This document shows, piece by piece, positions 33,904 through 45,129 of a DNA stretch of 64,000 nt. The stretch lies in NCBI GenBank assembly GCA_964583975.1, contig CAZOXU010000010.1:9779-73778 (forward strand), written 5' to 3'. A program made the translations under genes and the position numbers. The notes beneath the pieces are model-generated. The model saw nothing but the letters and a program-made list of their open reading frames with translations. It ran no database searches and was not told the origin of the DNA. Every line of letters begins with the position of its first letter. The stretch's first letter is position 1. Source of the stretch: an uncultured Planctomycetales bacterium. Its GTDB lineage: Bacteria > Omnitrophota > Gorgyraeia > Zapsychrales > Fredricksoniimonadaceae.

Positions 33904-35514
33904 ATGTTTAAAATTGCCCTAGCCCAAATCAATACAACCGTTGGAGATTTATCCGCTAACAGCGCTCTGATTTTAGATCATGTTACCTGGGCCAAGAAAG
34001 CCAAGGCGCAGGTGGTGGTGTTTCCTGAACTAGCTTTGTGTGGATACCCACCCGAAGACTTACTTCTAAAACCTCATTTTATTGAGAATAATCTTAAAGC
34101 CATTAACGCACTGGCTAAGAAAATCCAAGACATCATTGCTGTGGTTGGATTTGTGGATGCCGACGCTAAAGGGCGCATCTACAATGCAGCAGCTGTCATT
34201 GAAAAAGGAAAGATCAGCAGCATCTACCATAAAAAAGAATTACCTAATTATGGAGTCTTCGATGAGAAGAGGTATTTTACTCCTGGAGAGTCTAGTGCCA
34301 CGGATATTATTAGCATCGAGGGCGTAAAGGTAGGTCTTTCAATCTGTGAAGATATCTGGGTCGATGGTAGTATTTATGCCCGTCAAGCTAAAGCTGGGGC
34401 CAAGGTGCTTATCAATATTTCGTCTTCTCCTTATGAAATAGGTAAATTAAAACGTCGGCAAGATCTTTTAATAGCTCGAGCCAAAGAAACCCGCACCACA
34501 ATTGTTTATTGCAATTTAGTTGGCGGTCAAGACGAGTTGGTGTTTGATGGAGCTAGCATGGTGATTGGTGCACAAGGAAGAATTTTGTCCCAAGCTAATC
34601 AATTTAAGGAAGAGCTGCTTGTTTGTGATTTGTCTGCACCGCCAGCACCAGTGCTTCAGCCGCTCGATGAAACCAAAGAAATTTATGAAGCCCTCGTGTT
34701 AGGCACCAAGGACTACGTTGCTAAAAATGGTTTTTCTAAAGTAGCGTTAGGTTTAAGTGGAGGGATTGATTCAGCCTTGGTGGCTGCTATTGCGGTTGAT
34801 GCCTTAGGAGCAGAGAATGTCACAGCCATTTCGATGCCCTCACGATTTAATACTAAGGCGACCCAGGAAGATGCCAGAATTATTGCCAAAAATCTAGCAA
34901 TTGATTTTAAAGAGATCGCAATTGCTGATGTGCATACGATGTATTTGAAATTGCTGAAGAAATATTTCCGAGATCTACCTTCCAACATCGCGGAAGAAAA
35001 TCTTCAAGCCAGAATCCGCGGCAATATCTTGATGGCTTTTTCCAATAAATTTGGCTGGCTTGTTTTGACAACAGGCAACAAGAGTGAGATGGCGGTTGGC
35101 TATTGCACGCTGTACGGCGATATGTCGGGTGGCTTTGCTCCGTTAAAAGATATTTTTAAAACCAAGGTTTATGAATTGACCCGCTGGAGAAATGCTCAAG
35201 GCAAAGAAGCAATTATCCCTAAAAGTGTTTTATTACGTGCTCCAACCGCGGAACTAAGAGCTAACCAAACAGATGAAGAATCTTTGGGGGCTTATGAAAG
35301 GCTTGACCATGTACTTAAGGCCTATGTTGAGGACCACCAGTCGCAAGAAAATATGGCTGAGGATAAACATCAATTAAATTATGTCCAAAAAACATTAAAT
35401 TTAGTCGATCGCAATGAATATAAGCGTCGTCAGGCTCCCCCAGGAATTAAAATAACCGCGCGTGCTTTTGGCCGTGACTGGCGTCTGCCGATTACCAATA
35501 AATACAAGGAATAA
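33904..35514 (+). CDS. nadE: glutamine-dependent NAD+ synthetase (nitrilase domain + NAD synthase domain)
   Basis: 536 aa with an N-terminal CN-hydrolase domain (VVFPELALCGYPPEDL) and a C-terminal NadE domain (SGGIDSALVAA P-loop). Confidence 0.9.
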   Translation: MFKIALAQINTTVGDLSANSALILDHVTWAKKAKAQVVVFPELALCGYPPEDLLLKPHFIENNLKAINALAKKIQDIIAVVGFVDADAKGRIYNAAAVIEKGKISSIYHKKELPNYGVFDEKRYFTPGESSATDIISIEGVKVGLSICEDIWVDGSIYARQAKAGAKVLINISSSPYEIGKLKRRQDLLIARAKETRTTIVYCNLVGGQDELVFDGASMVIGAQGRILSQANQFKEELLVCDLSAPPAPVLQPLDETKEIYEALVLGTKDYVAKNGFSKVALGLSGGIDSALVAAIAVDALGAENVTAISMPSRFNTKATQEDARIIAKNLAIDFKEIAIADVHTMYLKLLKKYFRDLPSNIAEENLQARIRGNILMAFSNKFGWLVLTTGNKSEMAVGYCTLYGDMSGGFAPLKDIFKTKVYELTRWRNAQGKEAIIPKSVLLRAPTAELRANQTDEESLGAYERLDHVLKAYVEDHQSQENMAEDKHQLNYVQKTLNLVDRNEYKRRQAPPGIKITARAFGRDWRLPITNKYKE

Positions 35515-35519
35515 CGTAA

Positions 35520-36218
35520 GTGCTTGTCTCGATTCTTATCCCTGTCTACAACGAAGAACGAACAGTGGCTCAACTAATTGAAAAAGTCCGAGCTGTGAAA
35601 CTGGCTCCAGCATTGACCAAAGAAATAGTGATTGTGAACGATGGATCTACGGACAAAACTCGAGAAATTCTATCCCAATATGAAGGGCAAGAAGGTATTA
35701 AGATTTTTCATCAAGCCAATGGAGGAAAGACCGCAGGACTATTAACTGCCATCAAGCATGCTACAGGCGATGTATATATAGTTCAGGATGCTGATTTGGA
35801 ATATGATCCGGTTGAATATCCAACACTTCTTGACCCTATTGTTAAAGGGCAGACACATGTGGTCTATGGCTCACGTTTTTTGGGAAGTATTGAGCGAATG
35901 AAGTCCATTAATCGCTGGGCTAATGTCATTTCTAATTGGACTGTGAGTTGTTTATATGGGACAAAGATTACGGATATTAACACCTGTTATAAAGTTTTTA
36001 CCCGCCAAGCCTTTGAAGGCATTACGATCCATGGGACACATTTTGCCCTAGATACAGAATTGACTGTCAAACTCCTTCGTAAGGGGCTGTCGATCAAAGA
36101 AGTCTCTATTGGTTATGTGGCTCGGTCTCGAGCCGAAGGAAAGAAAATGCGATGGGCCACTGCTTTAAAAATGTACTGGGCCATTATCAAATATCGCTTC
36201 GTGTCTCCATCAAAATAA
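35520..36218 (+). CDS. family 2 glycosyltransferase (polyprenol-phosphate sugar synthase-like)
   Basis: 232 aa with GT2 DxD architecture (ILIPVYNE, VNDGSTDKT, QDADLEYDP). GTG start. Confidence 0.8.
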   Translation: MLVSILIPVYNEERTVAQLIEKVRAVKLAPALTKEIVIVNDGSTDKTREILSQYEGQEGIKIFHQANGGKTAGLLTAIKHATGDVYIVQDADLEYDPVEYPTLLDPIVKGQTHVVYGSRFLGSIERMKSINRWANVISNWTVSCLYGTKITDINTCYKVFTRQAFEGITIHGTHFALDTELTVKLLRKGLSIKEVSIGYVARSRAEGKKMRWATALKMYWAIIKYRFVSPSK

Positions 36219-36219
36219 A

Positions 36220-37629
36220 ATGAAGAACATCTGGATAAAAATAGCCTTTGTCGTAGGTTTCCTATGGTGGGTGTATTTATTTTTCACGACCCAGATCGTA
36301 GTTGTTTTTGATTCCGAAGGCTATGAGCAATTAGGCCGGATGATTTATACCCAGGGCTGGAGCGAGTATTTCCGCACTGGTCCAAATCGAGAACCCTTTT
36401 TTCCTGCCTTGATTGCCTTATCTATGTATTTGGGAGACATAGCGAAGGTTTCTTATTTTTATCCTTTGAAAATCATTGGGATCCTATTTTTATTCCTGAC
36501 CCTGATTTTCTCTTATCGCCTGATGAGGATGTTATCTATCCGTACATCGATCATCGTTTTAACAATTTTGTATCTGGCGTTCTCACCTGTTATGACCAAC
36601 TCATCCATGCGCTTATGGTCGGAGTTTGCAGCTTATCCGTGGGTTGTTTTGACAGTTTTATTAACGATTAAGGCTTGGGGAGCAGTCAAAGATCCTAGCA
36701 CCAAGAATTCTCAGATGGCAGGCTATGGTTTAGCAGTTGGGGGAATGTTTTTACTTGTGATGTCGGTCAAGGCTGTCGCTGAACCGATGATAATCTGTTA
36801 TCTATGGCCATTTTATTGGCAAATCATAGCTGCCTGGCGAGGCAGGAATTTCCATCAAGCTAAACGAATATTCGTATTTTGCGTGGTTGCCTTAGGGTTA
36901 TTTGAAGGAGCGGTAATTGGATATAAATGGTTGAACTATCAAGGTAATGGTTTGTATTCTTTTACCAATCGCGCCGATTACGCCCTGTATGGCTATACGG
37001 CCCGACGCACCGAGCCACTCACACTCAATCGCTTGGGGGCTGCCATCGTTCAAACACCAGGAATGGGAGGCTGTGCTGAAGTATTCAAAGAAGACGATTG
37101 TATGTTTTGGACTGCCCGCCACTCAGATGATATTCTTGAAGCCAAGAAGGTCGAATTGCATGATAAGGGAATTACAGGTCAGCAAGCATCGAATTATTAT
37201 ATGGCGACCAGCCTTAAGTTGTTTCTGTCTAATCCCCTTCAAGTGATAGGACTTATGCTGATTGAAGCACAAAAGGCTGTGTTTTGGGAATCCTCGATCG
37301 GCTTTGTAGCTTATCCGGACTGGCTCGAGAGGATTTTCTACGATCCGAAATTTTCAGGTGCCTTGCGTATCATTTTAGCTGTATTGTCCTGGCTCGCTTG
37401 TTTAGTAGCCTTATTACATTTGATGCTTTGCAAGAAAAGCCTCAAGGCCAAAGAAGCTGAAAGACCCACCCTATTTTGGATCGCAAATTTCGTTTTTTGG
37501 TTTACCGCCATGTACGCTCTTTATTTTGTCGAATACCGTTACATTTTTCCCATCGTTGCTTTATTCATGGTTCTGATCGCCTTTATGTTTAATAAATTTC
37601 TTAATAAGGTAGGGAAGCTCGGTGCTTAA
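36220..37629 (+). CDS. polytopic membrane glycosyltransferase, GT-C fold (ArnT/PMT-like)
   Basis: 469 aa with many TM helices and a large periplasmic loop. Coupled 2 nt after the GT2 gene. Confidence 0.55.
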   Translation: MKNIWIKIAFVVGFLWWVYLFFTTQIVVVFDSEGYEQLGRMIYTQGWSEYFRTGPNREPFFPALIALSMYLGDIAKVSYFYPLKIIGILFLFLTLIFSYRLMRMLSIRTSIIVLTILYLAFSPVMTNSSMRLWSEFAAYPWVVLTVLLTIKAWGAVKDPSTKNSQMAGYGLAVGGMFLLVMSVKAVAEPMIICYLWPFYWQIIAAWRGRNFHQAKRIFVFCVVALGLFEGAVIGYKWLNYQGNGLYSFTNRADYALYGYTARRTEPLTLNRLGAAIVQTPGMGGCAEVFKEDDCMFWTARHSDDILEAKKVELHDKGITGQQASNYYMATSLKLFLSNPLQVIGLMLIEAQKAVFWESSIGFVAYPDWLERIFYDPKFSGALRIILAVLSWLACLVALLHLMLCKKSLKAKEAERPTLFWIANFVFWFTAMYALYFVEYRYIFPIVALFMVLIAFMFNKFLNKVGKLGA

Positions 37630-38359
37630 GAAGAATATCTTTACGATTGTTGTTATAGTCTTGCTAGGCTCTCAATTATTGTGGTTGGCCGTGGCACCGT
37701 CTTCGTTTAAGGTTAGTTGGAGCAAGAATCCTTTGATCGCCCAAATCATTCGCGAACATGCTCTAGTTAATGAAAAAAGTAAGGCCATGACAATCAGCTA
37801 TTATTTCCCACACTTTGCTTATTTTGCGGATATTGTCTTAGGAGTGCAAAAGCCAGAGAGTGAACTGATGGATGGCTATCATGATGGTAAGCCGTATATA
37901 TTTCGCATGTACTACCAAAAGGCTGCCACGCTGTTTCCTAATAACGATGATGCCCAGGCTTTGCTGGCTTTTACTCAGTACTACCAAAAGGATATTCCTC
38001 AAGCTATAGAAAGCTATCAGCGTTCCTTAGATCGCAATCCCTACTTCTTTTGGGGCTATTACAATTTGGGGGTCATTTATTTTCAACAAAAGGATTATTC
38101 AAAAAGTGCTCAGATGCTCAGCAAGGCCGTATCCTTAAATCCAGAGATTACCTTAAGAATTCTTTATCAATCAGCTTTATACAGACAGATATGGAAATCC
38201 TTACCTAATCCTCAGGCGACTTTGCAGGTTAATTTAGAGCAAGGCCGTCAAGATGCAGGGAGGCTTCTGGCAGTGTGTTTCTTAAGAATCAAGACAGGTA
38301 ATATAGATAATTCTTTAGAAGAACAGGTGGCAAAGCAGGTGGTTGTGAGGCTTTTTTAA
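37622..38359 (+). CDS. TPR-repeat protein with an N-terminal membrane anchor
   Basis: 245 aa with one N-terminal TM and TPR-like repeats (AQALLAFTQYYQKDIPQAIESYQRSLDRNPYF...). Overlaps the upstream gene by 8 nt. Confidence 0.6.
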   Translation: MLKKNIFTIVVIVLLGSQLLWLAVAPSSFKVSWSKNPLIAQIIREHALVNEKSKAMTISYYFPHFAYFADIVLGVQKPESELMDGYHDGKPYIFRMYYQKAATLFPNNDDAQALLAFTQYYQKDIPQAIESYQRSLDRNPYFFWGYYNLGVIYFQQKDYSKSAQMLSKAVSLNPEITLRILYQSALYRQIWKSLPNPQATLQVNLEQGRQDAGRLLAVCFLRIKTGNIDNSLEEQVAKQVVVRLF

Positions 38360-38488
38360 TTTCCAACAGATGGTGAAGTTTTAATTGCATTGCAAGACTA
38401 AAAACGCTAAAATATCCGCTTTACAAATGCATAAAAGCGATTCAAAAAACATCGATCCTTATTAAATTGAAGGGGTTTAGTCTCTAAA

Positions 38489-41400
38489 ATGAACGATAGT
38501 TTTTATCAAAATCCTAAAAAACAAGGCCTTTTTGATCCTCAAGCTGAAAATGATGCTTGCGGGGTAGGCTTTATTGTGAATGTCAAAAATAACAAGAGCC
38601 ATGACATTGTGCGTGGCGGGATCCAAATCCTAGAAAACTTGTCTCACCGCGGTGCTTGCGGCTGCGATCCTGAAACTGGCGATGGCGCTGGAATTATGAT
38701 CCAAATGCCCGATGCCTTTTTCCGCAAAGAATTAGCCAAACAAGAAATAGAACTTCCTGCCCTTGGAGATTACGGGGCTGGGATGGTGTTTTTACCTCAA
38801 GATCTTTCTGATCGTAATATCCTAGAAGAATGGACCGAGCATATCATCCATGAAGAGGGCCAGAAATTCTTAGGTTGGCGCCAAGTGCCTCATGAACCAA
38901 CCAAGATTGGTCGTGTGGCCCGTTCGGTCATGCCAGCTTTTAAGCAGCTTTTCATTGCTCGTGGCAAAAACACCAAGCCAGAAGATTTTGATCGCAAGCT
39001 TTTTGTGATCCGTAAGCGCTTATGGGCTAAGATCTATGCTTCAACCATTTCCCAGAAAAATTATTATTATTTCTGTTCACTAAACAGCAAAACCTTTGTG
39101 TATAAAGGCCAGCTGATGAGCGAACAAGTTGATCGTTTCTTTCCAGACCTATCTGATCCTCTGATGGTATCAGCTATCGCTCTGGTCCACTCACGTTATT
39201 CAACCAATACATTTCCTTCATGGTCACTGGCTCACCCCTATCGTATGGTGGCCCATAACGGAGAAATCAATACACTTCGTGGTAACATGAATTGGATGCA
39301 TGCCCGTGAAAAACAATTTGTGTCAAAAGTGTTTGGCGATGATCTTAAGAAGGTTTTGCCTATTGTAGTCCCTCACGGATCAGACACAGCTACCTTTGAT
39401 AACGTTTTAGAAATGTTAGTGTTGGCTGGTCGTTCTCTACCACATGCCATGATGATGATGGTCCCTGAAGCTTGGAGTGGACATCAAGGTATGGATCCTG
39501 TCAAACGTGCTTTTTATGAATATCATTCCTGCTTGGTTGAGCCATGGGATGGTCCAGCTGCTTTGGCTTTTTGCGATGGACGTTATGTGGGTGCTGTGCT
39601 TGATCGTAATGGACTTCGTCCTTCACGTTATGTGGTGACTAAAGATGATATGGTCATTATGGCCTCCGAGGCAGGCGTATTGCCTATTGATCCTCAAAAT
39701 GTCGTCAAAAAAGGACGTCTTCAGCCTGGTAAAATGTTTTTAGTAGACACCACTGAAGGTCGCATCATTGATGACAAGGAAGTTAAAGAATTTTATGCCA
39801 AAGCCAATCCTTACGGCAAATGGCTTAAAGATAATGTGGTTGATATTCGAGAATTGCCAAAGCCAAAGAAGGTCCAAGGCTTGAATGAAAAGACCCTTTT
39901 GCAGCGTCAGCGCGCTTTTGGATACACATTAGAAGATCTGAAAATCCTTTTGATGCCTATGGCCCAAGGTGAAGAAGCCACAGGTTCAATGGGAACAGAT
40001 ACACCGCTTGCTGTGTTATCAGCTCGTCCACAATTACTTTATAATTATTTCAAACAACTCTTTGCCCAAGTGACCAATCCACCGATCGATGCTATTCGTG
40101 AAGAAATCATCATGGCTGAAGATATGATGTTGGGCCCTGAGAGCAATCTTTTGGAAGAAACGCCAGAGCATTGCCATCGTCTGTGGATCCAACGACCAAT
40201 TTTAACTAATGAAGAATTAGAGAAGATCGCACATATCAATAAAGGCAGCCTCAAAGGCGTTACCTTACCCATTTTCTTTGATAAAAAAGACGGACCCGAA
40301 GGCTTAGAAAAAGCCATGGAAATTTTATTTAAGAAGGCTGACAAAGCCATCGACGATGGTTTTAGCATTTTGATTCTTTCTGATCGTGCCGTGAATGAAA
40401 AATCCGTTCCTATTCCATCTTTATTGGCTGTTTCTGGATTGCATCATCATTTAATCCGTCAAGGAACCAGGACCAAGGTCAGTTTGGTTTTGGAATCAGG
40501 CGAAGCCCGGGAATTGCATCATTTTGCTGTATTGATTGGCTATGGAGCTAACGCAATTAATCCTTATTTGGCTTTTGAAAGCATTGAGCACATGATTTTA
40601 GATGGTCGTTTCGAAGAGCCATTGGCTTTCAAAGATGCTGAGAAAAATTTCATTAAGGCCTGCCATAAAGGACTTTATAAGGTTATCTCAAAGATGGGAA
40701 TTTCAACCATCCAATCGTATTGCGGAGCTCAAATCTTTGAGGCTGTCGGGTTAGGCACCGAGCTTGTTGAACGATATTTTACAGCCACTCCTTCGCGTAT
40801 CGGTGGAATTGATTTAAAGACAGTGGCTCAAGAAGCTTTGAAGCGTCATGACGTTGGTTTCCCAACGATCCCAAGCCAAGATCAAATGCTTGAGCAAGGT
40901 GGAGACTATCATTGGCGACGTGAAGGTGAATATCATCAGTTGAATCCTCAGACCATTGCTTTGTTGCAACACTCTGTTCGAAGTGGAGATTATAAAATTT
41001 TTAAGGCTTTTTCAAAAGCTGTGAATGAACAAAACAAGGGCGTTGCCAATATCCGCGGTCTTTTGAAATTCAAAAAAGGCCATCCTATACCTATTGCTGA
41101 AGTTGAGCCTGCTAGTGAAATCGTCAAACGTTTTGCCACCGGCGCTATGAGCTATGGATCTGTATCTAAGGAAGCTCATGAGACTTTAGCTATTGCCATG
41201 AATCGCTTAGGTGGTTTCTCTAACACTGGCGAGGGTGGCGAAGATGCTAATCGTTATAAGAAAGATCCTAACGGTGATTGGCGCCGCAGCCGTATTAAGC
41301 AGGTGGCTCAAGGACGCTTTGGGGTCACCATTGAATATTTAGTCAATGCTGATCAATTGCAAATCAAGATGGCTCAAGGAGCCAAACCCGGTGAAGGTGG

Positions 41401-43033
41401 ACAACTTCCAGGACACAAGGTGTCTAAGGAAATTGCCGCCACGCGTCATACCACACCTGGAGTGACCTTAATTTCCCCGCCACCACATCATGATATTTAT
41501 TCGATCGAGGATTTGGCTCAATTGATCCACGATTTAAAGAATGCTAATCCTAAAGCCATGGTTTCTGTAAAACTAGTTTCAGAAGTTGGTGTGGGAACAG
41601 TAGCTGCTGGTGTTTCCAAGGGCAAGGCTGATCATGTGTTGATTTCAGGTTTTGAAGGTGGTACGGGTGCTTCACCCCAGACATCAATCAAACATGCTGG
41701 TCTTCCTATGGAATTAGGTATTGCTGAGACCCAACAAGTCTTGGTCATGAATGATTTGCGTGGCCGTATTCGTGTACAAACCGACGGACAATTAAAGACT
41801 GGTCGCGATGTTGCCATTGCTGCTATGTTAGGGGCTGATGAATTTGGATTCGCTACAACTGCTCTTGTGACCATGGGATGTATTTTGCTTCGTAAATGCC
41901 ATTTGAACACCTGCTCGGTGGGTGTGGCTACACAAGACCCTGAGCTGCGTAAAAAATTTGATGGCAAGCCCGAGTATGTGGTGAATTTCTTTACCTTCAT
42001 TGCTGAAGAAGTGCGTGAAATCATGGCTGAATTAGGTTTTCGTAAATTTGAAGATATGGTAGGTCGTGTCGACATGTTGGATGTCAAAGATACCGTCGAA
42101 CACTGGAAGACCCAAGGTTTAGATCTGACTAATATTTTACACAAGGCTGATGTACCTCCTGAAGTAGCTATCCGCCATGTGGGTAAGCAAGATCATGGTT
42201 TGGAAAATGCCCTTGATAATAGACTTATTGAAAATTGCCAACAAGCCATCGAGACTAAAGCATCGGTGAAGTTTGATGCTAAGATTCGTAATACCAATCG
42301 TACGGTTGGAACCATGCTTTCATCGAGCATTGCTAGGCGTTATGGTATGGCTGGGTTGCCAGAAGATACGATCCAAATTAAATTCGAAGGCGCTGCAGGC
42401 CAGAGCTTCGGGGCCTTTTTGTCTAATGGTGTTTCGTTTACTCTTGAAGGCGAAGCTAATGATTATGTCGGCAAAGGTCTTTCTGGCGGCCGCATCGTGA
42501 TTTATCCACATAAGTCTGCTAGCTTTGTTCCAGAAGAAAATATGATTGTCGGTAACGTTGTGCTTTATGGCGCTATTGCTGGCGAGGTTTATTTTAGAGG
42601 GTTAGCTGGTGAACGTTTTGCCGTGCGTAATTCTGGTGCTTATGCTGTTGTAGAAGGCATCGGTGATCATGGTTGTGAATACATGACAGGTGGACGAGTT
42701 GTTGTTTTAGGTCCAACTGGACGCAATTTTGCAGCGGGTATGAGCGGCGGGATTGCCTATGTTTGGGACAAGGACAATGTGTTCCAAAAGAACTGCAACA
42801 CAGGGCTGGTGGATTTATATCCTGTGAAAGATGCTAAAGATATATTGGAATTGCGCTATATGATCGAGCGGCATCTTAAGTTTACCCAAAGTACGGTTGC
42901 TGATAATGTGCTTAAGAAGTGGGAGCAGGCTTTGCCTCAATTTATTAAAGTTTATCCTCGCGATTACCGTCGCGTTATTGAAGAAGCTGAAGCTGTTAAA
43001 AATTCTAGCGACACAATGAAGGTGGCAAAATAA
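38489..43033 (+). CDS. gltB: glutamate synthase large subunit
   Basis: 1514 aa with the N-terminal Cys1 amidotransferase (ACGVGF), FMN and 3Fe-4S domains and the C-terminal GXGXG beta-helix domain. Confidence 0.95.
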   Translation: MNDSFYQNPKKQGLFDPQAENDACGVGFIVNVKNNKSHDIVRGGIQILENLSHRGACGCDPETGDGAGIMIQMPDAFFRKELAKQEIELPALGDYGAGMVFLPQDLSDRNILEEWTEHIIHEEGQKFLGWRQVPHEPTKIGRVARSVMPAFKQLFIARGKNTKPEDFDRKLFVIRKRLWAKIYASTISQKNYYYFCSLNSKTFVYKGQLMSEQVDRFFPDLSDPLMVSAIALVHSRYSTNTFPSWSLAHPYRMVAHNGEINTLRGNMNWMHAREKQFVSKVFGDDLKKVLPIVVPHGSDTATFDNVLEMLVLAGRSLPHAMMMMVPEAWSGHQGMDPVKRAFYEYHSCLVEPWDGPAALAFCDGRYVGAVLDRNGLRPSRYVVTKDDMVIMASEAGVLPIDPQNVVKKGRLQPGKMFLVDTTEGRIIDDKEVKEFYAKANPYGKWLKDNVVDIRELPKPKKVQGLNEKTLLQRQRAFGYTLEDLKILLMPMAQGEEATGSMGTDTPLAVLSARPQLLYNYFKQLFAQVTNPPIDAIREEIIMAEDMMLGPESNLLEETPEHCHRLWIQRPILTNEELEKIAHINKGSLKGVTLPIFFDKKDGPEGLEKAMEILFKKADKAIDDGFSILILSDRAVNEKSVPIPSLLAVSGLHHHLIRQGTRTKVSLVLESGEARELHHFAVLIGYGANAINPYLAFESIEHMILDGRFEEPLAFKDAEKNFIKACHKGLYKVISKMGISTIQSYCGAQIFEAVGLGTELVERYFTATPSRIGGIDLKTVAQEALKRHDVGFPTIPSQDQMLEQGGDYHWRREGEYHQLNPQTIALLQHSVRSGDYKIFKAFSKAVNEQNKGVANIRGLLKFKKGHPIPIAEVEPASEIVKRFATGAMSYGSVSKEAHETLAIAMNRLGGFSNTGEGGEDANRYKKDPNGDWRRSRIKQVAQGRFGVTIEYLVNADQLQIKMAQGAKPGEGGQLPGHKVSKEIAATRHTTPGVTLISPPPHHDIYSIEDLAQLIHDLKNANPKAMVSVKLVSEVGVGTVAAGVSKGKADHVLISGFEGGTGASPQTSIKHAGLPMELGIAETQQVLVMNDLRGRIRVQTDGQLKTGRDVAIAAMLGADEFGFATTALVTMGCILLRKCHLNTCSVGVATQDPELRKKFDGKPEYVVNFFTFIAEEVREIMAELGFRKFEDMVGRVDMLDVKDTVEHWKTQGLDLTNILHKADVPPEVAIRHVGKQDHGLENALDNRLIENCQQAIETKASVKFDAKIRNTNRTVGTMLSSSIARRYGMAGLPEDTIQIKFEGAAGQSFGAFLSNGVSFTLEGEANDYVGKGLSGGRIVIYPHKSASFVPEENMIVGNVVLYGAIAGEVYFRGLAGERFAVRNSGAYAVVEGIGDHGCEYMTGGRVVVLGPTGRNFAAGMSGGIAYVWDKDNVFQKNCNTGLVDLYPVKDAKDILELRYMIERHLKFTQSTVADNVLKKWEQALPQFIKVYPRDYRRVIEEAEAVKNSSDTMKVAK

Positions 43034-44466
43034 TGGGCGATATTAAAGGGTTCATGAAAATCAAACGACAGGACTACACCAAGGATCCTGTTAGTGAACG
43101 TCTAAAAAACTTCAAAGAATTTACGCATTTACCTGCAGACAAAGATTTGCAAGCTCAAGGGGCCCGTTGTATGGACTGTGGCGTTCCATTTTGCCAAAAC
43201 GGATGCCCTATCGGCAATATTATCCCTGATTGGAATGATTTGGTTTACAAAGGTCGATGGGCGGAAGCGATCGAACGTCTTCACAAAACCAATAATTTTC
43301 CTGAATTCACCGGCCGCGTTTGTCCAGCTCCTTGCGAAAACTCCTGCGTGCTTGCGATCAATGATCCAGCCGTCACCATTAAGAATATTGAACTAGCCAT
43401 TGTCGAACATGGTTATGAAAAAGGTTATATCGAGGCACATCCTCCGAAGCATCGTACGGGTAAGAAGGTGGCTGTTATTGGTTCTGGCCCTGCAGGGTTG
43501 GCTTGCGCGGATCAATTAAATAAAAAAGGCCATAAAGTCACAGTTTATGAGAAAAATGAAGTCATCGGCGGGCTTTTGACCTTAGGGATTCCTGATTTCA
43601 AATTAGAAAAATGGGTTGTCGAACGTCGTATCAAGCGCATGGCTGATGAAGGGGTGGTTTTTAAAACAGGTCAGCATATTGGGGTGAACGTTTCAGCTAA
43701 AGAATTAAAAGATAAATACGATGCGATTGTTTTATGCGGCGGGGCTGAAAATGCCAGAGATTTGCCAGTGCCTGGACGCGAATTAGAAGGTGTCTATCAA
43801 GCTATGCATTATCTGCCAATGCAAAATCGTAAGAATTTAAATATTCCTGTTGAGAATCAGATTTTAGCTAAGGGTAAGAAGGTTGTGATTTTAGGCGGTG
43901 GCGATACTGGTTCAGATTGTTTGGGAACAGCCAATCGTCAAGGGGCTGAATCCGTTCATCAGTTTGAATTGATGCCAAAACCTCCACAACAAAGAACACC
44001 AGACAATCCTTGGCCAAACTGGGCTTTTATTTTACGCACATCAACCAGTCATGAAGAAGGTGTGACTCGAGATTATTCGATTGCCACCAAACGATTAACG
44101 GGCGAGAATGGTAAGTTAAAGAAATTGCATGCCGTTCGTTTGGAATGGACTAAAGATCCTGCTACAGGACAGATGAAGATGAGTGAGATCCAAGGGTCTG
44201 AGTTTGAAATGGAATGCGATTTGTTACTTTTAGCCATGGGCTTTCTTGGGCCTGTGAAAAATGGAATGCTTGAAGAATTAGGTGTTGAGTTGGATGCTCG
44301 TAGCAATGTAAAGGCTGATGAAAATAAAATGACTTCTGTCCCGGGAGTTTTTACAGCTGGTGACATGACACGGGGACAATCGTTGGTGGTGTGGGCTATT
44401 GCTGAAGGCCGTGCTGCCGCCGAGGGCGTAGATCGATATTTAACTGCGAAGATCGGAAAAAAATAA
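43033..44466 (+). CDS. gltD: glutamate synthase small subunit (NADPH-dependent)
   Basis: 477 aa with 4Fe-4S cysteines plus FAD/NAD(P) Rossmann motifs (VAVIGSGPAGL, VVILGGGDTGSDC). Confidence 0.92.
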   Translation: MGDIKGFMKIKRQDYTKDPVSERLKNFKEFTHLPADKDLQAQGARCMDCGVPFCQNGCPIGNIIPDWNDLVYKGRWAEAIERLHKTNNFPEFTGRVCPAPCENSCVLAINDPAVTIKNIELAIVEHGYEKGYIEAHPPKHRTGKKVAVIGSGPAGLACADQLNKKGHKVTVYEKNEVIGGLLTLGIPDFKLEKWVVERRIKRMADEGVVFKTGQHIGVNVSAKELKDKYDAIVLCGGAENARDLPVPGRELEGVYQAMHYLPMQNRKNLNIPVENQILAKGKKVVILGGGDTGSDCLGTANRQGAESVHQFELMPKPPQQRTPDNPWPNWAFILRTSTSHEEGVTRDYSIATKRLTGENGKLKKLHAVRLEWTKDPATGQMKMSEIQGSEFEMECDLLLLAMGFLGPVKNGMLEELGVELDARSNVKADENKMTSVPGVFTAGDMTRGQSLVVWAIAEGRAAAEGVDRYLTAKIGKK

Positions 44467-44481
44467 AATAAGGAGAGGTTT

Positions 44482-45027
44482 ATGAAAAGAAGTATCGTTG
44501 TATTGTCCATGATGTTAGCATTAGCCGGCTGTCAACAAGCTCCTGAACAAGCTACTACGACTACAAGTAATGTTCAAAATGAACGCCAAGAAGCTGCTAA
44601 ACGATTATTTGCTCAAGCGGTGGTATTGTTACAAAAACAAAATGTCAAAGGGGCTGTCGAAAGTCTTGAAGCTTCAATCAAAGTCGATCCAACTGATCCA
44701 AATGCTTATTTGGTTTTAGGAGAGATTTTAATCAAAGCCCAGCAGTATGACAAAGCCGTTGAATTTCTAGATGGAACAGCGAAGAATTTCCCTAATAACG
44801 GAGCTGTCTTTTATATGCTCAGTTTGGCCCATAAATCAGCCGGAAAATTATTGCCTGCCGTCTTAGCAGCTAAAAGAAGTTTTGAAATATTCAAAGCTAA
44901 TGGGGATTCGGATATGGCCAAGACTTCAGCGGTGTTGGTGGAAGAATTGATCAGAGAAGGCCAGCAAGTTGAAAATGCCCAAGAAGCTGCAGCTAAACAA
45001 GCCGAGATGAAAGCAAAGAAGCAGTAA
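44482..45027 (+). CDS. TPR-like lipoprotein
   Basis: 181 aa with a lipobox (LALAGC) and TPR-like helices. GGAGAGG RBS. Confidence 0.6.
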   Translation: MKRSIVVLSMMLALAGCQQAPEQATTTTSNVQNERQEAAKRLFAQAVVLLQKQNVKGAVESLEASIKVDPTDPNAYLVLGEILIKAQQYDKAVEFLDGTAKNFPNNGAVFYMLSLAHKSAGKLLPAVLAAKRSFEIFKANGDSDMAKTSAVLVEELIREGQQVENAQEAAAKQAEMKAKKQ

Positions 45028-45054
45028 GATAGTTACAATTAGATAAAAAATCTA

Positions 45055-45087
45055 GCCCTGTACCGTTTGGTACAGGGTTTTTATTTT
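45055..45087 (+). terminator. rho-independent terminator
   Basis: AGCCCTGTACC-gttt-GGTACAGGGT followed by TTTTTATTTT. Confidence 0.75.
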
Positions 45088-45129
45088 AACTTATCTTTTT
45101 ATTCCCCCTAGTTTTGTTATAATGCTTGT

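Noticed and set aside
38360-38488. Palindrome TTGCATTGCAA upstream of gltB as a possible sigma54 or NtrC site
   Set aside because: There is no GG of a -24 element at the right spacing and no TGCACC-N5-GGTGCA. It is a single short palindrome that I cannot support as a defined site.
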